Below, piece by piece: positions 39,100-50,415 of a DNA stretch of 64,000 nucleotides; positions within the stretch are counted from its first letter, which is position 1; each line of letters starts with the position of its first letter. The stretch comes from Tubulanus polymorphus. Its lineage: Eukaryota; Animalia; Nemertea. The translations under genes were made by a program, and so were the position numbers. Below the pieces are notes generated by a model. That model was not told where the DNA came from. It ran no database searches and saw nothing but the letters and a program-made list of their open reading frames with translations. Location of the stretch: positions 15,879,653 through 15,943,652 of the forward strand of contig NC_134028.1 of assembly GCF_964204645.1 (NCBI RefSeq). The letters run 5' to 3'.

Positions 39100-39850
39100 C
39101 TAAAACCTTAAGGTCGCGTAAAACTCGATAAACACTTCAAGTGACACAGCGAATGATCTCCTTTCCCCCACAGCGAACGCTTAACCTTGTAGAGGCTACT
39201 AGCCTATGTAGGCCTATGTATATGCGTAGGCCTAACATCCGGACAGATTGGTCGTAGGCCTATTGAATAACAACCCACCTAAATATCGTAAATTTTTTTT
39301 TGAAGTTCAATCCAATGAGTCCATTAATAAATGCAACAATTATACTGCGTTTGTTTGAGATAGTAAAGCTCAGTACCGGTAGGCCTAAAGCCACATCAAA
39401 CTCGATAAACACTTCAAGCGACACAGCGAACGCTTACTCCGAATGTCAAATGTGAGTCCAGCATACCCTTATGAAAATAAAGTGTACTTTAAGTGCACTT
39501 TTAAAGTGCGCTTTTGAGTGTACTCAAAGTGCACTCCAAAGTGCACTGAATTGAAACAAAGTGCACTTCAATAAAAGTGCACTTAAAGTGCACTTTTCAA
39601 TAAAAGTGCACTTTTATTGGAGTGCACTTTGTTTCAATTCAGTGCGCTTTGGAGTGCACTTTGAGTACACTCAAAAGCGCACTTTAAAAGTACACTTTAA
39701 GTACACTTAAAATGGAATGAACTCAGAAAGTGCACTTTATATCTTATTCCAAGTGCACTTCCTTGCATGAAAATCCTTCCTGAAAACCTTAAAAAAGCCA
39801 GAATAGTCTCACGTTCGATTATGTACTACTTTCTCTATATTTTTCATATT

Positions 39851-41839
39851 TCAATTAACAGGTTTATTCCGACTATTGATGTTATTGAGTTTCTTCCGCA
39901 TCGCTGCTCTAATATTGCTTTGTTCAGCGGCAGGGAATTGTCTACTAACATAATCTGAAACAATACATCATAAGATTTTATTAACAGGATGTTAAAACAC
40001 TATACGATTTAGGCATCCCAATATTCTTCTTGCCCACCCGAAGATGATAAATGGTGAAAGAAATCCTATAATGAAATCAAAGCTAGGGCCAAGTGAAATT
40101 CAGCAGCAGATTTCCAAATAGCTGATCATTGCAGGGTAAAATGAGGATAGTCTGCTTCTACTAAAAACTCTGTGCAACTATTTCTCAACACCCGTCTTCG
40201 CGATGCAGTGAAATACTTATGTGAAAATTACCAGATTGAAATCCATCATGCATTTACATCTTTATTGTGTAAAGAATGAATTGCTTGGTCGCTGAATGAA
40301 AATGGGGCCCAATTTGTTGGGAGTTTGGCAAGGTTTACTGTCCCTGTCTTTTTTTAGGTTCACAATTTTGCATCAAATTTTTATTGGTTTTAATCCAAGT
40401 TTTAGGCAACTGTATAAAGTTGCTCGTTTACCAAATAGTAACTTCAGACTTACTCTCAATCGCTTGAACTTTTGTTGGTGACAGAGCTGTCTTAGTTGAC
40501 TGCCCGATACCCTTCGGTACGTGTCTGAAGACATCGCGTGCCAAATACTGCCACCATGACATCGCCAGTAAAAATACTGTATGACTTCCGACTGCAGGAG
40601 TCAAGGGACGACTTCTTTACTAATACCCCATTCCCCAAATCGGTCATCTGCTGAAAAGGAAAGAATCAGAAAAAGTTTTTACAGGGATATTCGACGATGA
40701 CAGCCATTTTTATTTAATCATAGCTTACCATTCCGGGACTTGGATCAATATTTGTGGTTTTTGGCTGAAAATATGAATGATGTATTTACTATTTAAAACT
40801 AGGGGTCCAGTTAAACATGCTCACGTGGGAAGTGGTTTCAAATGCTCGACAATCTGACAATTTCAATGTTCAATTCCCCTGGGGAACATATATTGAAACC
40901 AATTACCTTGAAACTCACCAAAATCATAGATTGTATCATATGCTAGCTACAATTTTGTAATTGATTGCGTTTAGACTTAACTGGGAGGAAAATATGTAGC
41001 ATGACCGCGGCACGCTCAGTGACAATGACTGTGATGAGTAATTGATATTCTACTATTATAAAGTAATAAACTCAAAATGTTGAAATACAAACTTACTGTT
41101 GTGGGAAATAGGACTTTCCTATTGACAGCAGATTCTGAAGATAGTTTGAGAATCTAAAAATTATTGAAAATAACGTTAAAACATTCTAGATTCTCGTATT
41201 TGTTCTAGATTAAGGGACAAGTGTACGTACCGGCGAAAGAAAAGCTTCTTGACTGACCTAAATTACAAAGGAAAATTCATAGTTTATTATTTTTATCAAC
41301 ATAAAATGTAGAAATAGAGTACACAATGTAAATGTAATTTTAAAAACCTCATCATTCTGTTCATCCCTATCTACAGGCGCAAAACTAGAAACTTGTTCAT
41401 CATCATCATCGCCATTGTCATAATCACGACCACTATGATTGATAGGTCGTACATCTTTCTGAATTTTATCTGCAAGAACAGTGAAAAATTGCATTTCTTC
41501 TCATATCAATCGATATATTCATATCATAAGATTGTGTTATTTCAAAGACTTACTTTCCTTTTGACATCCACAACCGTAATGTTCAATTTGTCCCTAATAA
41601 CATTAGGAAGCATTTCCATAATTTTAACTGGTAATCCTAAAAAGCAAAATGCTGATAGAAGGCACACATTATCTTTCAAAATTATGAAATCACTAAATTA
41701 GAACCAACAATAGAAAATACTTACGTTCTTGTAAATAGAGGTTAGCCTCTATGAGCTTTTCGATTCGTTTTTCGGCATAACCTAGTTGTTGTTTTAGGTT
41801 TTTTATCTCCTCTTCCAAAGCTATTGTATCTTTTTTTGT
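39851..41839 (-). pseudogene. Spliced accessory gene of the EnSpm element: coiled-coil + acidic linker + BEN-like domain (two apparent frameshifts; first exon not located)
   Basis: GT-AG exons 41725-41839, 41554-41636, 41348-41469, 41097-41153, 40454-40650, 39851-39954. LEEEIKNLKQQLGYAEKRIEKLIEANLYLQ; DLGNGVLV...SIFTGDVMVAVFGTRCL...KTALSPTKVQAIE|NYVSRQFPAAEQSNIRAAMRKKLNN. Confidence 0.75.
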
Positions 41840-42313
41840 CTGAAATAATAATGTTGGAAATCTATAGTAGATGCCAGGTTTCAGGGTCTATGCCTAACTG
41901 GTATGCTAAATAGGGTCCAAGGAGACCATGCCAAATTGGTAAACAGTTTGAAATGTTAAAAAATCTGATTATTTCAAGACATCACCTTGAAAGACACCAC
42001 AATGATGCCATAAGATACACTTTTGCAATCGATTGTGGTTAAAAAATATGCACAGGTACCAATGTTAATTGTGTAATAATTCAATATTCTACTCTCCCCA
42101 AGCAAAAACTTGGTAATCCCAAATTCCATGAGAAGAGATGTATTCTATGACAGTGGTATTAATTATCAAATATCAAGACTGTAAAATTAAAGCTCTTCCT
42201 AAAAAATCTTTTCAAAGAATAAGCATCATGAATTTCAATGACAAAAAATTACAAACCATAATGAAGCTACAGGTCTCAGAAATCCAAAAATCTGATTTCT
42301 TGGGACCGTAAAA

Positions 42314-42374
42314 ATTTGTGTGATATCCTATAGAACTTGGATGACATCCAAGTTCTATAGGATATCACGCAAAT
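42314..42374. repeat. Near-perfect 61-bp palindrome (30-bp arms, 1-nt centre)
   Basis: ATTTGTGTGATATCCTATAGAACTTGGATG-A-CATCCAAGTTCTATAGGATATCACGCAAAT. Confidence 0.95.
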
Positions 42375-42982
42375 GTTAAGAATTACATCATGTTATGTAT
42401 TTCATAGTTTCACAAAAATACAGTCAACATCGCTCAATTTGTATCTCTAGGGAAGAAGCCATTGTGTGTATCGAACAATGACTTTTACCGGCAAATGTGA
42501 ACGCCTTTTGTGTTTATTCAGAAAAGAAGCCACGCGCGAGTGTGTGAGATCAGCGCCACCCAGCAAATTCAATTCAATTAGTTATTGACTGTGTTTGTTT
42601 ACACGAAAAATCAGGGAAATGTGAGGTTTTCAAATCATTAAAAATGAGATTATACACAACCATCCATTTCAAGATTCGCCGCAATAGCCTTCACCGGATA
42701 AAATATGAAAAAGTTGACCGATATGTCTCAAAGTTCGCAGTTACGCGTTTTACTTATAAGTCCATATCCAACTATTACGGTTTACCACTTCCGCATTGTT
42801 TATCGAAACGTGTACTGCAAATGGCACAAAGCTACGGCACATTATTAAATAGTTTATAGTTTCTGCGAAAAACTTTACGTCGGATCCGAATCCGAAGTGC
42901 ACGATCTGCGCTGTGCGATGTAAAACGTTTCCTAGAGCCCCATGACAATCATGGAAGTGATGAAGATGTCACTATATGTGAT

Positions 42983-45900
42983 ATGCCTCGTACCACTAAA
43001 TGGCGAAGACGCCAACAACAACAACAACAACAGCAGCAGCAGGAGGATGAACAGGAACTTGAATCAGGTAATTTAGATTTCTTTAGTTAAGCCTAACTAC
43101 TGCATGAGGTCCACTGCATTATTTTAAAAAAAAGTATTGCCAGACTACCAGATAGGTCCAGATTTCACGAAATAGAGACTTTCAAAAAACATGTTCAAAA
43201 AATATCCAGAAATTTTCTGCCATTTGTAGTGTACTTCGTCTAATAAACGATTATTACTAAAGTTGTTTTTTAATTTATGAGCGATAGTTCACGCTTGCAT
43301 AATGCTAAAAAAACCGCTCCGTGGACGCTTGGAAACGTGGCTATGATGTCATCACCTATCCATTATCATAACAAAATGTAGGTGGCGCCACGTTACGGGC
43401 GGCAAAAGCCGTTTATCAGCATTACGCGAGCATATGCTAGGTAAACTATCGCTGATAGATGAAAACACAGACCAATTCATGATTTATTGGTGAATGCAAA
43501 TTGGTTATTGAACAAATTGATGCATAATATTAACAGATAAATTGATTATAAACAAAATGACGGACCAAAAGGCTGCGCGGAGAGCATGTGTGACAGACAG
43601 TAGTGGTAATTTTTAAATATTTTCTTGCCAACTAAGCATTCCGAACCCAAGCGTGCTACATGCCTATGGTACGGAAACGATCTTGTCTGGTAACACTGAA
43701 AAGGGTCAAAAGGTTCTTGAAAAGTTGAATGATGGCTTTGTAATTTGAAATATGCTAAGGGAAATGGACATTTTGCCAAGCTGTTTGGGGATATTTCTCT
43801 TTAACTTTGTCTGTGCTTAGTACAAGACATGAATTCAGTGAAGTTACAATGTTGCTTTATTTCCATGTTTAATTAATTTTTTTATAGAAAAAAGTCCTTC
43901 CTCATCCTTGCAACAACTGACACAATCATCTTCTGAGGCTGTTCAAGATGAAGAATGTCAAGCACCATCAATATCCTGTGATGTTGATAATGAATGTAAT
44001 GCATTTTCAAGTGATCAATGTGTAAGTCAGCACTACTTTACATTCAAGATGCTTCTATTTGTGATTTAAAGTATCAATACTTGTAAGTTATAAATGCGTT
44101 ACCTTGTTTTATTATACTTTTTCAGAAAATGATGCCCGAGATTGGTGAAATATTCCATGTGATCGAAGAGTTACAAAATCATGATAATTATGCAGAGCAA
44201 AATCGAGAGTTTGGTGTAAGTTTAGTGATATATGTACATAGGCCTACAGTACTAAGATTTTAGTAGCAATTACAGTCAACACCAAATTTTCTAATGAAAT
44301 CTCACGATTTGAACTTTTAAAATTAATGCGACTTATGTGAAAATGCAACTTATATACATAGTATAGTTTTATAAGGTATAAAGAAGAAAAAAATAGATCA
44401 AAATAATTATACGAATCATGTTACGACAAATTCCATGACGGCTTAAGCGGGGCTGACTGTGTAGTGTTGTGGTAATTGTTACATATAAAGTAAGGGTGAA
44501 AATGCCCATTCATGTGATATTGGCCTCTGTAAACTGGAACACCCTTTTTGTAATCAAGCAATAGATGGTGGGATTATATTGACTGGTCTTTATTTATTGT
44601 AAAAAGTAGAAATATTAAACTTGAAAATGAAATAAGAACATTATGATTTCTTTTGATTTAGCTTGATGAAAATCCAGTGATTGATCAGCCTGTTGTAAAT
44701 CCAATTAATGATGAAAACCTCGAGGTATATGATTATCGACCATTTTCTCGAACTGATAAAGTGCCCAACTACAATGATTTAATTCTTTTTTGTTTTTCAT
44801 TTTTATAGAATGGGGAGTTTGATATGCCTCTCTACGAGGGAGCGAGCATAACAGTCGGTGAATCGGCGCTACTAATACTTTCATACACGTTACGGCATAC
44901 CTTTTGTTACTAATTCAAATTTTGTTGCCTGAGCGATGTAACATTACGTGGACTAAGTTTCTGTTTTTGAAGCAGTTTCAACGAGCGCTTAATCTGCAAG
45001 AACTATGCGAAGTTCATTTCTTCTGCGGGCAGTGTAGCCAATATATAGTACCACAAGGTGCGGACACCGGGGAAAGTTGTGACCAGTGTGGAACCACTTT
45101 TAATGAGGATGATTCCCTTAAGTTGGGTAATTTTTACATATATCTTCCCCTTGCGACGCAGTTGAGAGAACTTTTTATTGAAGAAAATTTGATGGACGAG
45201 GTTTTACATTATAAAGCTGAACACACTAACAATGAAAATTATTGTGATCTAATTGATGGAGATCTTCGTAAAACAATACCTGTTCTCCATCAGTTAGATA
45301 GCATTTCTTTACTATGGAATGCAGATGGTGTTCCAATTTTCAAATCTAGTAAATTTAGTATTTGGCCTATTCAGTGTACAATCAATGAACTCCCTCCTAA
45401 GATACGGAAAAAACATGTTTTATTGTGTGGTCTTTGGTTTGGCACTGAAAAACCAGTTATGAATGGAAATTTCTTAAAACGTTTTGTTGATGAAAGTATT
45501 TCATTGGAGACAGAAGGTCTTGATTGGGTTGACCAAAATGGTAGAAATCACAATACTAAAATTGTAAATCTTCTCTGTTCCTGTGATTCGCCTGCCAGAG
45601 CAATGCTGCAGCATTTTAAGCAGTATAATGGTTTTTACGGTTGCCCATACTGCCTTCATGAAGGGGAACGCGCAGTAGATAATGGCAATGCCAGAATTTA
45701 CCCACTTAACTACCCGCTGCCCCCTTTACGTAATCCACTTGATACAGTTGCCCATGCGACGGAAGCAATCGAATCTGGCCGTGCAGTGTTTGGTGTCAAA
45801 GGACCCTCAGATTTGATTTTGCTGCCATCTTTCAACCTGATAGAAAGTTTCACAGGTGAATATTTACACAGTATTTGTTTAGGCGTTATCAGAAAATTCT

Positions 45901-47042
45901 TGGCTGAGTGGTGCGAGACCGCAAATGCTGAGTACTATATTGGAAACAAGATTATTCAAATCGATAACCGCCTCCAGTCAATTAAACCTCCAATGGAGGT
46001 CACTCGCTTGCCTCGGAGTCTTGTCGAGAGGAAATTTTGGAAGGGAAATGAATTCAGTGCATTTCGTTTATATTCCCCTGTCATTTTATCTGGTATTTTA
46101 CCAAATGTCTACCTTAGTCATTGGCTTTTATTTGTCTCAGGTATTACTTTATTGAATGGTACTTCAGTTTCAGAAGTTCATATCAGCCAAGCAGACATTA
46201 TGATAAAAAAATTCATTTTGAATATTCCAGATCTTTATCATAGAAATTTATTGACTTTTAATACACATCTTGCTCTTCATTTGCCCGACTGTGTTAGGCG
46301 ATGTGGACCTTTATGGTCTACATCATCATTTGTATTTGAAGGGTTTGCCGGGAAACTGAAGAGTTTCATTCATGGTACTCAAGGAGTCCATTCACAAATA
46401 ACACGATCTTTCATCTTGTTAAAATTTATTAGCAGGCTTTCAAGTAGGTGTTTAAGGGATGAAACTAGTGCATCTGTTTTGAAATTTTATAATGACCTAT
46501 TGAGAGGATACCCCCTTGTCAAAAATCATGACACTAATAATAATACAACCTTCTTTGGTGCTTGTAAAACCACCAATCTCAATGGTATTCAAAAGTCAGC
46601 TATAGAGAGATTTTTAGATTTTCAGTTTGAGAAAGATGTTGCACATTTCTTTAATCGCTGTACATATGGCGGTAGATTGTATAGTACTGCATCTTATGAT
46701 GAAAATAAGAGACGATGCAATTCGTATGTTTTACATGGTAATAATGTTTTTAAAATTCAAAACATTGTCAAAATTGCACCAACCTGCCAGTGCATTGTAG
46801 ATTGTGGATGTGAAACTTATACATTATTTCTAGGCAGTCATATAAATGTTAAAAAGTATTCATAACGAGACGCAGACTGTGGCACTATTGGTAATTATAT
46901 ACTCATGGGTGATGATGAAGGGCAGCTAAAAGCTGTGTCCCCAGACCAAATTGGGAGGAAATGTATCTTTCTTCCTTCGTTTTTCGAAACTAGATTTAAT
47001 TATGCATACATTCCATTGCCATATGATGTTGAGTGTGATTGA
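42983..47042 (+). pseudogene. CMC/EnSpm DDE transposase, five exons, one frameshift and one premature stop
   Basis: Exons ~42983-43067 (MPRTTKWRRR-polyQ), 43888-44021, 44126-44215, 44662-44724, 44809-47042, with compatible phases. Motifs PLYEGASITVGES, CxxC..CxxC, WNADGVPIFKSSKFSIWP, CSCDSPAR, YNGFYGCPYC, WKGNE, FVFEG. Frameshift near 44899; TAA at 46863-46865, frame continues to IPLPYDVECD* at 47042. Confidence 0.92.
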
Positions 47043-47159
47043 CAGGCTTATTTTTAGCCCACTTGGACTTAAGTCCCAGCGGGCTATTGCGTTCACTTTT
47101 CGTCCTTCCATCTGTGGACGGAATCAAGTTATTTTGGGAATTATGAAGATGCTTCAATG

Positions 47160-47230
47160 GATCATCCTCCCTCGGCAAGGATTCGAACCTGAAGGCATCG
47201 GTACACTCAGCCACGGCACGAACCCTTGCA
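47160..47230 (-). mobile_element. tRNA-derived SINE-like fragment
   Basis: - strand TGGCTGAGTG (A-box-like) followed by GGTTCGAATCC (B-box); interrupts a family C fragment. Confidence 0.4.
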
Positions 47231-48068
47231 ACACTAGACCGGGTGCGCAGGTACATGCGCAGCTTTGCTGCACGAAAACTTCTGGTACCAATCAGATTGC
47301 TCGTTGTATAATCAGCCCAAAAACTGGTCCGGCCAGATTCACTTGATAGCCAACTCGCTATCTATTTGTTTGACTTAGTCAGCACTTTTTACATATCTTT
47401 AGCCCACTTGGGACATAAGTCCCATCGGGCTATTGCGTTCACTTTTTGTCTGTCCATTCGTTGTTTGCCAAAATCGTACTTTTTACACATTTTGAGGAAT
47501 TTTTGCATGTAGTAAATAGCTAAAAACTGGTCAAGTGTTTATCAAATTTTGAGTCATACATTTTTATGGACCCCTTATTGAATACTTTTTATTGATTGTT
47601 TAGCCTTCAACCCAATCAAGACATTTGTCATATATGTATATACTTCAACAACAAAACGTGATACGAGGTTCAATGGTATATCATTAAATGTATCAAAGTT
47701 ATGTTGATAAAGATTTATTTAATTGATCAATTAAATCTTTATCAACATAATTTACATTCCACATGCATAGGTCACATGAATTATGATGTAGTTTAGGCCT
47801 ATTTACAATTTGATATTGAAATATTCATCTATTGATAGTATTTACTTATTTTCTAAATGGATGATATGCATTATCACCATGCTTTATAGGCCTATGCTAT
47901 AATTTACTAGATGTGATAATATAGATATTTCAGACTATAATTCAATAAGTTTTCACAGTAATCAGTTCAAGTCATTGTCCATCTATTTTATTGATTTTCA
48001 CTAAACATGTCACCCAATGTAAGTTTCTCAGTGGTCATGTCATCAAGCTGTCTGACACCAAGTTCTAA

Positions 48069-48682
48069 AGCCACACCAAAAGAAAATCCTGTTTCTGTTC
48101 CTGTTCCTGGGTAGGGCAATCACCAAAATGGGTAGGTAGGTAGAGATTTTTTTTCTTTTTATAGAAAAAAAAATCGTTTATTCTTCTATCAGTGGGCAGG
48201 TTGCCGTAAATAATTTTTACTGGACTGAATTTTTAGTCAGGAACATGATTAACAACTAGTAGACCACAATAATAAAAGGAAATTGCGATGTTTGTACAAT
48301 GAACTATAAAAAAAACTATATTTTGAACATATTTCACGGAATTCCTGGAATTTTACAATCCAAGGTCGCCATCAAAGTCTGATTAGCAAAGTTGTCTGAG
48401 CATGGCTGCGCCATTTCCAGCATCAAATTTTAAATCTGAGATAATAAAATGTTCTTATGATTGATCTTAGTGCTGACATCATGATTTGGTAAAAAAAAAT
48501 ATTTACGAGAAAGGAGTTTGGTAGTCGGTCGGCCACATATATATTTTTGAAAAAAGTTATTTCACCTAAAATTTTGAAAAAGGGTCGGTAGGCGATTATA
48601 TTTTATTCTGAAAATGATTATTTGAAATGGGGAAATATCGGGTCGGTCGGGCCGAGAAACAGGGTTTTCTTTTGGTGTGGCC
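48069..48682. mobile_element. MITE with TAA TSD (Zator/PIF-like) nested in the EnSpm element
   Basis: TAA|AGCCACACCAAAAGAAAATCCTGTTTCT ... AGAAACAGGGTTTTCTTTTGGTGTGGCC|TAA. Confidence 0.8.
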
Positions 48683-49156
48683 TAAACTGTACTTATGATT
48701 CTGTATATAAAATGATTTAAAATTTAGATAACTATTCTTATTCCGGGATGCATTTAAAAGATTGCCTCATTTTTACCTGTAAGATGTACCACTGGAGTGA
48801 TTACTAGTTCCACAACAAGGCTGTCGTTGTATGGACATGAGAATAATAGGCCTAAAAATTAATTAGTAGTAAAAAGTAATTGCCATTAATTAGTAGTTTT
48901 GCCTATGAGAACATGTGAACTCAATACATGATACGTCGAATTTAAGAAGATTTTACTATTGAATTGAATGTGCAGTTGCTAAATTACATATCATTAATGT
49001 AGAAAATTATGACAAGTTATCAAGTAAATGCACAGTTACATCAATTAAGACGTCAAATTGAGATTTTAAAATCTATTATACAAATAATTCAATCAAAGTG
49101 AGCCATTATTTGTTCTAAAATGTTAAAATGATAATTACAATGTATTACCAAGTTTG

Positions 49157-50415
49157 CGGTGTTGTCATATCGCGGAAAGACGGAATCGCGGAATTTTCCA
49201 AAAACGCGGAATTTCTTCATTTTTACTTTAAATAGTAAACGGGTTTTCCCACGGGGATACCCACTGTCGGACAGGGCACCGGACCGATCGATGCAACGAG
49301 TTAGGTTCGAATCCCATTATTTGCAGGCAATTTTATATGGAATTATTATATTACGATACCGTTGACTGGGCCAAATTCGGTTTTCGTATCTAGTCGACTA
49401 GTGGTCAGAACTAATAACCGAATGCGCTTGATTTTCGAACTATTTCCGGAATATAGTTCCGACTATCGGACATTCGGTTTCGTTTAGTTCGACTAACTAT
49501 ACTCGACTAACTCAGATAACCGAAGGTGGCCCTGGCTGCCACCTGTAGAAGAAGTCAGAATCAAGTGGGGTGAAAGAGACCTGGCACCTAATGTCTATTT
49601 CTACTAGGCAAACTTCGGTTATCGAAGTTCATCGACTTTTTGAGAACTTCAGAAACGAATATTATCAGATAAATATTGGGCACGTTCGCGGTGTCGGACC
49701 GTAGTTGTAGATGGTTGCAAACATGAAATCCTACGACCAAACAAGTACCGGTTCAAATTCCTTTGAAATTATTATAATTTTACGGCCGTCCAGTACCGGT
49801 ACCAATAAGATTCTTTTGATCCAAATAATCAGCATAGGGACATATATGTTATAGCAGTCACAAAGTAAACATTAAAAAAACGAAACCATTTTATAATCTT
49901 TCATATCATTTAATTCTAAAAGATAAACCACATTGAAATATACATAATGTCTATTTATTTTCGTCTGACATCGATCCAGTTCCACAGTTGTGAGGTAACT
50001 CTCAGTTTCTTAGAATCAATTCATTTCCAATGTTTTAAATCCAGAGACCAGAGTCAAATCTTAACTCGGAAATGAGTCCTGGAGAATGACCCATGGTGTC
50101 ATCACAAATCCTACGTTTACGTACCATCGATCTGTATTCCTTCAGTTAATGCAGCGATACTCTGTATCACTGAATTCGCAAAGCACGTATTGCCTAGGTT
50201 CTCCATTATTTGGAACAGTATCGTTAAGTTGTTGACTGGCGATATAATAAATTATCAAATACTAATTCCCGGTGTTGAAAACCTGGGTCCGGTGCCCTGT
50301 CCGACAGTGGGTATCCCCGTGGGAAAACCCCGTTTACTATTTATAGTAAAAATGAAGAAATTCCGCGTTTTTGGAAAATTCCGCGATTCCGTCTTTCCAC
50401 GATATGACAACACCG
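49157..50415. mobile_element. Mutator-like non-autonomous element, ~130-bp TIRs, 9-bp TSD
   Basis: CCAAGTTTG at 49148-49156 and 50416-50424; near-perfect TIRs CGGTGTTGTCATATCG...GGGCACCGGACC. Confidence 0.88.

Noticed and set aside
44904-46865. Intact domesticated 653-aa gene
   Set aside because: Its start is an artefact of an upstream frameshift and its stop is premature; it is exon 5 of the transposase inside intact TIRs.
47160-47230. tRNA gene
   Set aside because: Only A/B-box-like motifs with too short a spacing and no cloverleaf; treated as a SINE remnant.
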